A stretch of 58,935 nt of DNA from IMG/VR virus record IMGVR_UViG_3300005918_000002, positions 1 to 58,935 of that record; one strand, 5' to 3'. Source of the stretch: a virus (lineage: Duplodnaviria; Caudoviricetes). The notes beneath the pieces were generated by a model, which made no database searches, had not been told where the DNA came from, and was given only the letters and a program-made list of their open reading frames with translations. Within the stretch, counting starts at the first letter, position 1; each line of letters starts with the position of its first letter. The position numbers were made by a program, and so were the translations under genes. Of this stretch, positions 26,693 through 38,230 are shown piece after piece.

Positions 26693-26976
26693 TGGATAAT
26701 GAAATATTAAAAAAATATATTCCATGTGCAAAAAGAAGGTGGGAGGAAATCAGACGGGGAAAGGGATTGTGTTATAAATGTGGCGCACCTAAAAGATCAC
26801 AATTTACTAAATGTGATAAATGTCTTGCAAAACATAGGAAGCTAGTATTTGAAAATACGCAAAAATGGAAAGCAAATAATCTTTGTATTAACTGCGGGAA
26901 ACCATTAACTGAGATGGATGCTGGATTCGTAAGCCACGAAAGAAGTAATTGCAAACCGTCAAGGAGGACACCATAA
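26692..26976 (+). CDS. Zinc-finger protein
   Basis: GLCYKCG..CDKC..LCINCG. Confidence 0.6.
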   Translation: MDNEILKKYIPCAKRRWEEIRRGKGLCYKCGAPKRSQFTKCDKCLAKHRKLVFENTQKWKANNLCINCGKPLTEMDAGFVSHERSNCKPSRRTP

Positions 26977-27824
26977 TGGAACTTTTAAAAGCTGAAATTC
27001 CCTTGAATTGTGAAATAGCATTACACGGTGATACACATATCGGTTCAACCATGTATCACCATGCTGGTATCAATAAGATGAAAAAATGGCTTTTGGCTAA
27101 AAGGGATAGTAGGTTTTTTGTACATATGGGTGATGCAATTGAAGGAATAACAGTAGATGATAAACGTTTTGATTTCGCCTCATGTGATGAACCTATACCA
27201 TTAGAGCAAGTCAAAAGAGTGGTTGAAATTTATAAACCAATAGCCGGTCAATGTTTGGCATGGCTTAAAGGTAATCATGAGGATACCCTGAAAAGGTTTG
27301 GTGACCTGTCAAAATTAATGACAGATGAAAATCATTTAAATGTACCGTATGGAACCTGGACTTGTAAATTAAAATTAACACATAAAGAAAAACAAATTTG
27401 TAAAATGTTCCTCTCTCATGGTTTTAGGGGACGCATAGTTTCAAATGCAAAAGATTATGAACAGCAACAGGCCAACATGAAAGCAAGTCTTAAAAGGAAA
27501 TTAATTCATAAAGCATCAGATTGTCTTATCATGTGTATTGGTCACACCCATTTACTTTTAGTTTGTCCACCGGCAGAAAAGTTAATATTAAGATCAAATG
27601 ATGAGGAGTTAATCCAGGAATATTTAAAAGCTGGGAACGGTGCCGATTCTTATATTGAACCAGATAGAAGATGGTACGGGAATACCGGATCATTTTTAAA
27701 ACTTTATCAAATCGGAATTGATGGGTACGCAGAACGCGCCGGTTACGATCCAGTTGAGCTTGGTTATTTAATAGTTAAAATACGTGATGGGATAGTTCAA
27801 GACATAGAAAAGGTTGTATTATGA
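26976..27824 (+). CDS. Calcineurin-like metallophosphoesterase
   Basis: GDTHIG, MGDAIE, GNHE, SHG and GHTH motifs. Confidence 0.88.
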   Translation: MELLKAEIPLNCEIALHGDTHIGSTMYHHAGINKMKKWLLAKRDSRFFVHMGDAIEGITVDDKRFDFASCDEPIPLEQVKRVVEIYKPIAGQCLAWLKGNHEDTLKRFGDLSKLMTDENHLNVPYGTWTCKLKLTHKEKQICKMFLSHGFRGRIVSNAKDYEQQQANMKASLKRKLIHKASDCLIMCIGHTHLLLVCPPAEKLILRSNDEELIQEYLKAGNGADSYIEPDRRWYGNTGSFLKLYQIGIDGYAERAGYDPVELGYLIVKIRDGIVQDIEKVVL

Positions 27825-28090
27825 AAATATACTGTAAGGATTGTAATGCATATCTCGGAGAGGTTAATAAATGTAAAATATTAAAGGGTATGATTAGACT
27901 ATGTCCTACCTGTTATAACAAACTAAAATTGGCGGACAATGCGATGAAAAGCAAACGGAATACCGGCGGGACTGAATCGATGCCGGATTTCTTTAAGGAT
28001 ATATTTAAATTATAGGAGAAAGATCATGATTAATGTAGAACTGAAAGACAGTGACGTTAAAAATAGAAATTGACAAATTAAATTAATCAC

Positions 28091-28119
28091 TTGACAATGT
28101 GATAAATATTTATTATATT
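28091..28119 (+). promoter_or_regulatory. Sigma70-like promoter
   Basis: TTGACA-N17-TATATT. Confidence 0.65.
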
Positions 28120-28394
28120 ACGCAATATTTAAAGGATGTGAGATATGACAAGTAATTACAATATAAGTTTTGATGAGGACGATCCGAGAACGTTTGAAGA
28201 GGGCTGTGAATTATTAAAAAGACATACAAAAGCATTGGACAGAATCGGCAAGGCGCTTGGCCGTGGTAGTATAAATCGTATGGTTATGTATGATTATGTT
28301 AAGGAAAGTGAAATAGAATTATAAGTAAGGGTGATTGAAATGCGAATTGAAAATATAAACATTTCAGAAATTAAGCCATATATAAGGCAATAGA

Positions 28395-28865
28395 ATGGCA
28401 AAGAACAATCCCAAAATAGATCAAAACGATCCACAGGCTAAGATAATAATAGACTGGGAAGAGTTTGAGAAATTATGCTCCCTACAGGCTACCGAGGAAG
28501 AGATTGCTGAATGGTTTGGGTGTGATACGTTGACATTAAGACGTAAAATAAAAGGTAAGTATAAAGTAACATTTGAACAGGTCTTTAAAAAGAAGTCTGC
28601 TAAGGGTAAAATATCATTGAGAAGATTACAATTTCAGAACGCATCTGGTATAAAGAAAGATGGTAAATTTTTAAAACTACCAAGTGATACAATGCAGATA
28701 TGGTTAGGTAAACAGCACCTGGGCCAAAAGGATAGAAGAGAGCTTTCAAATGACCCGGAAGCACCATTTAATTTTTTAGCTTTAGTTGAAGCATCTCAAC
28801 AATGTAATACCAAAGAAGATTTTGACAAGATGCATGGTAAAGACAAAAAAGAAACGGAGGAGTAA
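28395..28865 (+). CDS. terS: Terminase small subunit (HTH type)
   Basis: FEKLCSLQATEEEIAEWFG...GKISLRRLQF...MQIWLGKQHLGQKD. Confidence 0.75.
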   Translation: MAKNNPKIDQNDPQAKIIIDWEEFEKLCSLQATEEEIAEWFGCDTLTLRRKIKGKYKVTFEQVFKKKSAKGKISLRRLQFQNASGIKKDGKFLKLPSDTMQIWLGKQHLGQKDRRELSNDPEAPFNFLALVEASQQCNTKEDFDKMHGKDKKETEE

Positions 28866-30171
28866 GATGAAAAGATCAGATTTGAAAACGGGTGACAAGT
28901 TTAAAGTGGCACAGAATGGTCGCGTTAAGTTATATAGTGTATTACTAGGCACAAGGAATGGAGATATAGTTTGTACTGAGGCTGGTCTTTGGGGTGAGCT
29001 TGAAGATTTACCAAAGAGATCACCATTAATTGTAAAATTGATGGATGGGGTGATACATGTATAAAGCAAGTCTATATATGTTTAAGGCCTCCGGGATTTA
29101 TGACTGCTAATTTTGATAATCCCCGTTATTACAAGCCCGCCTTAACAGTGCGGAATAGGAGAACAGTGGAAAAGACAGAGTATGAAGAGTTTAAACAGTT
29201 TAGTAGTTTATTAAAGGATTTTGGTGATTTTGCTGATGGTTGTCCTATTTCTGGGTTTGGAGTAATTTATAGAGATAAAATGCTTGCGGAATTGCTTAAG
29301 GTAAATGTTACAATATTAACATTACTATCAAAGTTGGTATATAAGGGAGATGGTCAACCAAAATAAACAACAGGAGAAAAAAAGATGAAAAAAGTAGTTG
29401 AATACAAATTCGGATTAGACGAAATGGTTGCAACTGATTTACGTGGGCCTGGTAGAATAAGTATGTTAGGGTTTGATGATTCTGGTGTGGTGTACTTTGT
29501 TAAAACGAAAGATGGTGGCACATGGTTTAAGGAGAAATTCTTAACTGCCAGATAGTGGAAAGCAATAACAGAATGTAATTAAATCGGCTGGATATGTAAG
29601 GGAGTGAAGATGGGACAGTTTGAAAAGACAGTACTAGAGCTAAGCGAAAAAGCTTTTAGGGGTGGAGCGGTAGCCATTACGAATAAAGAAATTGAAACGC
29701 CATTTATTCATAGCTCCACATCTAAAGAAATTGAAAACATAATTAAATCAATGGGAGAGATATACAAAAAAGATTTAGCTGTTTATTATTTAGAGGAAAG
29801 CAATAGATGAAAAAAACCTTAAACATAGTTGGAGAGAAAAATGGAAATAGGAATTATAATAAGGATTATATTAAATGTAATGGTTATTTTTATGTGTGCG
29901 TTTAATATAATGAGAGAGGCGGGCAAAAAAAATGTTCCCGCAGTGGCGGGGTTTTTATTGGCATTGTTATATTCTATGGCATATGTTATAGAGATTGCTC
30001 AATGATGAGTTTTGCCAAAAATGTTTATGGCATCAGTTTAAGTTCTGTTCATTTGGGAATATTGTCAAGGGTACGGTTAGGCGGTTTGGTTATGAAGAGT
30101 GTTACGAGAGGTAGTTTAAACAAAGCCGTTATAAGTCAAAAAATGTGGTTACCGATTCTAGGAAAAGATAA

Positions 30172-30690
30172 ATGCAAAAAAAAACCTTAAACATCGGAGC
30201 AGGTACAAGAACATACAAACACTACCCTACAAAAGAGTATGATTGTATTAATATTGACGAGCGTGACCTGCCCGGAATTGATTACATTGTAGACGCGTGG
30301 GATTTAACAAGTAGCATCTTTAAGCCTAAATGGCATAACAGTTTTGTTACCGACGAATTTGATTATATTTTAGCGTCTGGTATTATCGAACATTTCCCTA
30401 TTGCACAAACTGAAAATGTTTTAACGAAATGGATGAGAGTATTAAAGCCCGGCGGGATCATAGAATTTAAGTTACCTAATTTACGAGCTATTGCTGATTC
30501 TATAAGGAATGGTAGTGATTCAAAGAAAAAATCATGCCTGCTTTATGGTAACCAGGACTATCCGGGGAACTTTCATTATGTCTGCTTTGACAGGAAATTC
30601 TTTAACGAAGAAATTAATAAGGTGGGATTAACAGAAATCGAATATTGTGAAGAGGGTTTTAATATGATTATAATAGCGAGGAAGAAATAG
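30172..30690 (+). CDS. Class I SAM-dependent methyltransferase (type 11-like)
   Basis: LNIGAG, IIEHF and RVLKPGG motifs. Confidence 0.8.
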   Translation: MQKKTLNIGAGTRTYKHYPTKEYDCINIDERDLPGIDYIVDAWDLTSSIFKPKWHNSFVTDEFDYILASGIIEHFPIAQTENVLTKWMRVLKPGGIIEFKLPNLRAIADSIRNGSDSKKKSCLLYGNQDYPGNFHYVCFDRKFFNEEINKVGLTEIEYCEEGFNMIIIARKK

Positions 30691-30700
30691 GAGAAAAGAG

Positions 30701-30994
30701 ATGAAAAGAATATTAATTTTTATCGGCTTGAAAGTGGGTGAGATTATCGGAGCAGGCGTGGCGTTGTTTCTGGTTAACTGGCCTGGTGTTCGGTTGTTAG
30801 TTCATATACGTGATGTAAGCGGGTTTAATTGGTTTGAAATTAATTTTGTCGGGACGATAATAGGGTGTTTATTGTTGCTTGGGTGTTTGGCTCTATTGTT
30901 TTTGTTTTATGTTATATTTATAGATGGGATACCCACATGGATAAAAGCAAACTGGAGAAAAGCCGGAGAAATTTCAGGGAGGAAAAGAACATGA
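30701..30994 (+). CDS. Small membrane protein
   Basis: Two hydrophobic segments. Confidence 0.5.
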   Translation: MKRILIFIGLKVGEIIGAGVALFLVNWPGVRLLVHIRDVSGFNWFEINFVGTIIGCLLLLGCLALLFLFYVIFIDGIPTWIKANWRKAGEISGRKRT

Positions 30995-31408
30995 GATATT
31001 TTACCTTTACAGCAATGACGGAACATGGTGGACAGTGTACCATGGATTTAAAATCTGAAACTTTTCCTAATAGGGAGAGATTATTTAAAAAGGTACAATC
31101 GTATGCGGGTGATATTCCTACAAATTACATCCACCTCGTATTTGCCCTTGAATTTAAATCAAAAGAAGATTACGACAATTTCACCAGGGAAGAGGACGAA
31201 TAATGATTGAATGTATCTCAATAGAAGAAATTGATTATGACAACAACCTTTTGGACATATTGGAAATATTAAATAAAATGTTAAAAAATGAGAGTCTTGA
31301 ATTTATTGCAGAAGGTGGGGAACGTGACGGATTTGAGATTGTTCAGCTTATAAAAATATAAAAAGAAACGATATAAAAGGGGAGGTAATTATTTGAGGAA
31401 AACATTCT

Positions 31409-32926
31409 TTGACCTGGGAAGAAGTAAAGGCTATAAAATATTTAACAAGCGATTGGAACCGGCTGGCCCGTGATGGGTTTGGTGTAGAGCTAACAACTGA
31501 GAAACAGGAAATATTACATCTTATTCAGCACAATAGAAAAATCAGTCTAAGATCCGGCCATGCCTGGGGTAAGGATTACATGGCCGCACTTTCCGCCAAT
31601 TGTTATTTGTATTCTCATTATCCCGCTATCGTAATTTGTACAGCTCCCACCCATAGACAAGCCATAAGCATAAACATGGCCGAAATTTCATCAATACATC
31701 GTAATTCCAAAATACCGCTTACAGGTGAAGTCCTCACCAATATAATTAAATTCCCGTATAAGGGAAACAAAAACAAACCAGATACCAAGCATTATTTAAT
31801 GGCATTTAAGGCCGGTGATAAAAGTATTGAGTCATGGACAGGGTTTCATTCACCTAATTTGTTTTTAATAATGACAGAGGCCAGCGGTATAGAGGATGCT
31901 GTTGATGAAGCAACCGAGGGGATATTAACGGGCGTCGATCCAAAGAAATTAATATTGTTCAATCCAAATAACAATTCAGGTTTTGCATATAAGTCCGTAG
32001 CGAGTAAGTTTTATGTATCACGGAAATTGTCTTGTTTAGATGCGGCAAACGTAGTCAATAAGAACAATGATATTCCCGGCCAGGTAGATTATCCGTGGGT
32101 AAAAGAACATGTAGAAATGTGGTGTAGGCAAATAGAAAAAGACGAAGTATCAGAGGCTAAATGCGATTTTGAATTTGATGGTAAATGGTGGAGACCGAAC
32201 AATCTTGCAAGAGTTAAGATTTTAGGCGAGTTCCCCGAAGAAGATGAAAGCCAGGTTATTCCCATGCGTTGGGTTGAGTTGGCAAATGAACGTTGGCTTG
32301 AGGGTATAGGCAAGTTTGACAGGGACGCAAAAGGATGTGCACCATTAAGCCTCGGCGTTGACGTTGCCGGTATGGGTAGAGATAAAACTGTTCCTACTTT
32401 TAGATATGGTTCGTTTGTTGAGAAAATAGAAGAGTGGGATTTACCTGTTGACGACCCGGCTAAAATACACATGGCAATAGCGGGTAAGATAAAGCAAACA
32501 TTGAGAAGTGGTGATAAGGATTTTGTTGATTCACTTGGTGAGGGTGCTGGTGTTCATGCAAGATTACTTGAAATGGAAGTAGATTCTGTTAGTGTTAAAT
32601 TTTCCGAAAGTGCAAAAGGTTATACGGATTTAACGGGAGAGAGAACTTTTGCAAATATGCGATCATTATGCATTTGGGCGGTTAGGGATGCCTTAGACCC
32701 AAAACTTGAAGGGGCCCTTGCCCTGCCGCCCGATGCAGAACTAATGCAGGAATTATGTGAAACGAGAGTAAAGAATTTGAGAAGTGACGGGTCTATAGTT
32801 TTAGAACCTAAAGATGAGATTAAAAAAAGAATAGGACGCAGTCCCGATAAATCTGATTCTTTAGCGATAAGTTTTTATCCGGGTGATACTGATGCAATAT
32901 TTTTTGTTGGCGGAGGTGAGCGATGA
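31409..32926 (+). CDS. terL: Terminase large subunit
   Basis: Walker A-like SGHAWGKD, EASG, NPN, LGEFP, GVDVAGMGRD and SPDKSDSL motifs. Confidence 0.88.
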   Translation: MTWEEVKAIKYLTSDWNRLARDGFGVELTTEKQEILHLIQHNRKISLRSGHAWGKDYMAALSANCYLYSHYPAIVICTAPTHRQAISINMAEISSIHRNSKIPLTGEVLTNIIKFPYKGNKNKPDTKHYLMAFKAGDKSIESWTGFHSPNLFLIMTEASGIEDAVDEATEGILTGVDPKKLILFNPNNNSGFAYKSVASKFYVSRKLSCLDAANVVNKNNDIPGQVDYPWVKEHVEMWCRQIEKDEVSEAKCDFEFDGKWWRPNNLARVKILGEFPEEDESQVIPMRWVELANERWLEGIGKFDRDAKGCAPLSLGVDVAGMGRDKTVPTFRYGSFVEKIEEWDLPVDDPAKIHMAIAGKIKQTLRSGDKDFVDSLGEGAGVHARLLEMEVDSVSVKFSESAKGYTDLTGERTFANMRSLCIWAVRDALDPKLEGALALPPDAELMQELCETRVKNLRSDGSIVLEPKDEIKKRIGRSPDKSDSLAISFYPGDTDAIFFVGGGER

Positions 32927-34260
32927 GAATAGGTGATTTTATTTTATTTGAGAAGAAACCAGACCAGGCGTTGGCCATAAGCCAGACTGCGGCATCAACA
33001 CAAGCAAGATCAAGTTATTCAACAAGGTTTAGTTTTGATATTAACAAACCGATTATGCAGCTGTCCGGCGAGTTCATCGACAGGCTGAGGGGTATATTGC
33101 CTTGTATTGATCTTGTGCCGTCCATTTATAATTCGCTTATTGGTACGTTTGATTTTGAGACGTTTGGGAACAAATCAGCAGAGGACTATTTAAAAGATTT
33201 ATATTCAAACGTGGTTGTTAATAACGTTTCTAAATCCTGGCCGGTATTTCAGAATCAGCTTGTTGATTCGGCTATTGCAAAGGGTGGCGCGGCTGGCGAA
33301 GCCGTACCATTGGCAAACCTTAAGGGCTGGCACCACCTGACCAATATAAACACTAATACGCTAAGATTTAAAACGGTAGACGATAAGCCCGTACTTGGGC
33401 AAGTAGACTTAATGGGGCAAGTAAAGGTATTCGAGAAACCAGAGTATATTTATTATATGGCTCCTGATTTGAGAGAAGGATTCCCGCAGGGTTTTTCAAT
33501 TTACCACGGTATGCCCTGGATGACTCAAATACTTGAACGGCTATATCAGTGTATTAATAATGCGGCCTGGCGTGTAGGAGACCCCAGCTTTCTCATAACC
33601 GTAACAGGTGCGGAAAGCAAGAATCCTAAAGCAATGGCTCTAATGGCGAGGAATGCAGCGGAAAATGTACAAACTCAACTTGGTAAAGTCATGAAATTAA
33701 AACATGGCGGCAAGACCGGCGATGTCATTACAGGTTTGCCGTATGGTGGAAATCTGGACGTTAGCATTATCGGAGAAGGTGGCGAAAAAATGGTAACAGC
33801 TTTGTCTACTCCGATTGCAGAAGTGATGAAACAGATAATTGGTGGATCAAGATTACCTGACTGGGCGTTTTCACAAAATTACGGCAGAACGGAAAGTTTA
33901 AGCGATAACCAAGCCGATTTGTTAGCTGAGGGCGTAAAAGGTTATAGGTCTAATATTGATCCATTTGCTAACCGGTTTTTCGGTGAAGGTCTCGCAATGG
34001 TCGGAATGACAGGTATTAAGTGGGAACGTGTCTGGCGTGAGATTAGCTTTAGAGATCAAAAATCACAAGCAGAGACTCGCAAGGCCAACGCCTTCGCATC
34101 CAAGACAGAACTTGAAGTATTACTTGCGAAGATGGAAGCAGGATTAATGAGCCGTCAAGACGTGGAGACCGAACTTGACAGAAAGTTTACAGAAAGGGAA
34201 TGGTACGATATAGAAAAAGAGTTATCGCTAAACCGTACTATTAAGGCTGTTTTGAAATAA
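32923..34260 (+). CDS. Portal protein (putative)
   Basis: 445 aa directly after terL; helical; P.G.S motif region. Call rests mainly on synteny. Confidence 0.7.
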   Translation: MRIGDFILFEKKPDQALAISQTAASTQARSSYSTRFSFDINKPIMQLSGEFIDRLRGILPCIDLVPSIYNSLIGTFDFETFGNKSAEDYLKDLYSNVVVNNVSKSWPVFQNQLVDSAIAKGGAAGEAVPLANLKGWHHLTNINTNTLRFKTVDDKPVLGQVDLMGQVKVFEKPEYIYYMAPDLREGFPQGFSIYHGMPWMTQILERLYQCINNAAWRVGDPSFLITVTGAESKNPKAMALMARNAAENVQTQLGKVMKLKHGGKTGDVITGLPYGGNLDVSIIGEGGEKMVTALSTPIAEVMKQIIGGSRLPDWAFSQNYGRTESLSDNQADLLAEGVKGYRSNIDPFANRFFGEGLAMVGMTGIKWERVWREISFRDQKSQAETRKANAFASKTELEVLLAKMEAGLMSRQDVETELDRKFTEREWYDIEKELSLNRTIKAVLK

Positions 34261-34264
34261 ATTC

Positions 34265-34293
34265 TTGACATTGTGAGAATAAATTGTTAAATT
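34265..34293 (+). promoter_or_regulatory. Sigma70-like promoter
   Basis: TTGACA-N17-TAAATT with extended -10 TG. Confidence 0.55.
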
Positions 34294-34912
34294 ATAACAA
34301 CTTTTAAGGAGGGGGATGTTATGAAAAATAAATGCGAACACAAATACGAATTTTCTAATTATGGATGTTTATATTTTTGTGCTGACGGTGAATATAGGCC
34401 TGGGTTTGAGTTCTGGAGGTGTTCTGAATGTGGGGACACTATAACACATAAAAATCCAAAATTTATTTAAGATCACTCGGAGATGAAACTTGTTATTTTA
34501 TAAGTAAAGAGAAAAGGAGAATTATAATGGATAGCTACTCTGAGAATCTCGAGACAATGAAAATGATCGAAGAAATAACTTTACGGGCTCGGGCCATTTG
34601 TGAACAATGTGATTTACTTGTTTCAGAGGGCTTTACAAAGGTACAAATATTTTTTATGTTGGGGGAGATATGAAAGTAAATATTGAAATTGATCTAAATG
34701 ATTTTTATAATGAGTTTGAGGGTTTAGGCGAATGGCTCCAAACTTGGGTGAAGGATGAATTAAAAAAGGAAATTAAGAAAAGTCCCGAATGGAAAGATTT
34801 TGTAAAAACTCAAATTGATAAGGCGGTGGATGGTGTTTGATGGAGAAAATTAAAAACTTTTTAGCATGTTTGTGGTGGGCAATAGTTAATATGGAAAGTG
34901 CAGAAAGGGAAT

Positions 34913-35872
34913 ATGGAGTCAATCAATTTTAAACAATATAGCATAGCAAAGGGTTTAATAATACCAGAGATTAAACCAGAGTATTTAATTGGCAAGGCAA
35001 TGATACATGAATGCTCTGCCGGTTGTGCTATGAAGCTCGCCTCACAGCCCCACAGGTGGGACGAAGTAAATAAGTTAGCAAAAGAAACATTTAATAAGTA
35101 CATGGATATAGTTGAAGAGCATGAGAAGAAATTGCTTGATGTCCTGGGTTTGCCGAATATTAACACTGTAAGAATAGAAGCAACAAAGGGCACAACTGAT
35201 CCATATGTGCCACCCGCTAACGCAAGTGCTGCCGTGAGTACCATCCTTACGGACTGGGCGAATGATGTTGTCGGTAGTGAAGAGGTCTATCAGAATTCAC
35301 AGCTGCAAGCATTTGGAATAGGCTTATCGAAAACTCAAAAGGCAATTCTTCGAGTTGCACCCAAGGACAGGATTGACGAGATAAGGGCTAATACTGTTTT
35401 CGCATCTTACGGTAATCCAAGATTACAAGCAATAGTCCGGGACGGCTCGACTCGAATAATCAAAGACATTACTGTCGGCAAGAAGAAATTGATAGAAAGA
35501 ATTCTCGCAGACGGAATAATCAACAATTCCACACCTATGCAGGTAGCTAGTAGATTACATAAAATGGTAGGTGAGGGAGATGCCTGGCAGTGGTTAAGGT
35601 TTGCGAGAAGCGAAATAACTCTCGCAATGGAAGCCGCTTATGATGTACAGGCAGATGCACAAGGAATTAAGTATGATCAATGGTCAGCCGCCGGGAACGC
35701 TTGTGAGATTTGCTCACCGCTTGACGGGGACGTTTGGAAGCGTGGAGAGGGGCCGATACCGGTCGCAGATACACACCCGAACTGCTATTGTATCAGAATA
35801 CCGTTATTTGAATATGATAAAGTAGTTCAGAATATCTGGACTGAACCTTCTCCGTATTTACAGGCGGCATAG
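34913..35872 (+). CDS. Head morphogenesis / minor capsid protein (Mu F / SPP1 gp7-like)
   Basis: ARSE, ACEICSPLDG and HPNCYC motifs. Confidence 0.8.
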   Translation: MESINFKQYSIAKGLIIPEIKPEYLIGKAMIHECSAGCAMKLASQPHRWDEVNKLAKETFNKYMDIVEEHEKKLLDVLGLPNINTVRIEATKGTTDPYVPPANASAAVSTILTDWANDVVGSEEVYQNSQLQAFGIGLSKTQKAILRVAPKDRIDEIRANTVFASYGNPRLQAIVRDGSTRIIKDITVGKKKLIERILADGIINNSTPMQVASRLHKMVGEGDAWQWLRFARSEITLAMEAAYDVQADAQGIKYDQWSAAGNACEICSPLDGDVWKRGEGPIPVADTHPNCYCIRIPLFEYDKVVQNIWTEPSPYLQAA

Positions 35873-38230
35873 AGGAGAGATATAATAATGAATGGGTATT
35901 TCATGGACGAGCCAGAGCTTGAATATAAAGTTGAAAAGGCATACGTTAATAAAGAAACAGCTCAAGAAAACAGTGTGGTTATTTTGTGTCAGTATTGTAA
36001 AGGGCCCATGAAAGCATCGTTAGGCTGGGAGGGCCTGTCATTTGATCCAGGAGCGTGTAAGCGATTTTATACAATGATTTGTGTTAATAAAAAATGTGGC
36101 GCATGCGGCCCTAAAAGAATAAGCGAAAAAAAAGCCATTGAGGCTTGCTTGGGGAAAAATAGCATAGGAGTATAAGATGAGTTTAAGAAAAAAACAAAAA
36201 GAACCGAATGGTTATATAAATGTAATAGATTGCAGTGATTGTCACTGTATGAGTCGTTGCTATGCTGAATATGAATGTAACCTTGGATACGGCATTAAAT
36301 TAATGTGTCGAAAAGATGGAGGGATTATTTATTGTTCTACTGAGTGCAAACTTGTTGAGGTAATTACCAAAGACGGTGTTTATAAAAACAATAATATTAT
36401 GGCAACAAGTTTAGGAATTTCTTGTACAGGAAAAGGAAATAATGGAACAATTAAAATTAATATTAAAATTAACTAAGTTAATAAATTCACTCTTTACTCA
36501 AAACGTTGAATTAAGGAAAAAGTTTTATTTATTAAAACGACAGAACGAATGTTTACAGAAATGTTTAAAAAACACACTTTACGGGAGAGTTTATTTAAAC
36601 TAAGGAGAAGAAAATGAGCAATAAAGACACGATTTCAATTTTAAATAAGCGTGTGGAAGAATTAATAGAACGCATTTCCAAGTTAGAGGAAACAATTAAG
36701 CAGTTGATTTGCAAACATGATGGTGATGTAAAATTTAGTTTTGGGAGTAGAATATTTACAGGGTTTCACTATTTTAAAGAATGCTGTAATTGTGGGAAAG
36801 TATTAACCAGGTATCCCAGTATATACGAGTGGGAGGTTGCCCATGCGGAATACAACAAAGAAAAAGCCGATAAGGCAAAAAAGGAAGCCGACGAGAAGTT
36901 AAAGAAGGTGAGAGATGGAAAAGAAAAGATTTAATAAATGTATACCATACCATCTATTAATATGGTTTATGGAAAAGGCGTTCAATTATAAAGATGACAG
37001 AATGATGGAGCTATTTAATACCTTGGATACGGATGAGGACATATTTATACGTTGGGATTATATCGACAGTAAATTCCATAGCTACTTTCATATCCGTGTA
37101 TTCTATGGCGAAGACGGAGTATTAATCACAACAAGTAAAGATGAACTATATAAATATTTGAAGACGTTTTATTAAAACAGGGGTTTAAGATGAGTGAATA
37201 CAAATGGCAAATAGTAGGTTGCAAACTTGAATCTGCAAAAGATTGCAAGGTAAGTTTTAATGAATACGGATTGCCAATACATATCGACGATTATGGAATG
37301 GGAGCCTGTCATTATTCATTGATCAAAAGTAAAGATGAACAGGCAATAAGGCAAGTCATAGACGATGTGATTTGGGCTGTAGAGCGGTTGAAATGGGCAA
37401 CGCAGAAGGCACCTAATGAAAGGCCGGAACTATTAGAAATAATTGTTAAGGGAAGCAGAAAATAAAAAAGGCTTAAGATGAAAACATATTGCATTGACGG
37501 CATTACTGTTGAACGGATAGACAGTGAACCGTTTAGTTTAAACTCGCATGGTTTTATTTGCTATCCATTTAAAGTAGTTGGCCCTGAAAATATAAAAAGA
37601 ACGGATTTGAATAGGTTGTCCGGTAAAGAGCTTGATGGTAAAACAATATGTGGGGTTGAGTCATTTGCTATAGAAAACCAATTTAATGAAACTATTTCCA
37701 TAGCGTTTAAAGTGGGGGCTTAAGATGAACACACAAATCAAAAGAAAAGATAAATATATGGCACAAGATTAAAGGGTTTTTCATTGATCGTAATTGTGTA
37801 GATATGAGACAATATAGCGGAGGTTAAGATGGACACGAAAATACATGATGCAACGCCCTCAACATGGGTTGACTTACCAAAGATGACAATTGAAACGGTA
37901 AACAGGGATAATGATAATAATACTGAAATACCGACAACGGTGATAAACATAGACAAGGCAACTATCACTTATTCATTAGGTCTAATGGATTGGCTTAAAT
38001 ATAAATTGTTTATGTTAAAAAACTGGTTATTAATTAAGAGGGGTTAAGATGGAAATATCATATACATATGAAACAAAAATTGCATCAGTTGAAACGTTGA
38101 GAGACACACCCGAAGAAAAGATAATAAAAATAATCGGTGGCCCATTCACAATTGAATTGTTGAATCCAGCGCTTGATGTATCAGTTGGTGATAAGCTAGA
38201 AGTTATCTCTAAAAAAGAGATGCATTTCTA

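Noticed and set aside
31381-31411. +1 frameshift at the terL start (strong SD with an out-of-frame TTG at 31393)
   Set aside because: A GAGG SD can serve TTG 31409 directly; cannot be distinguished from a sequence error without homologs.
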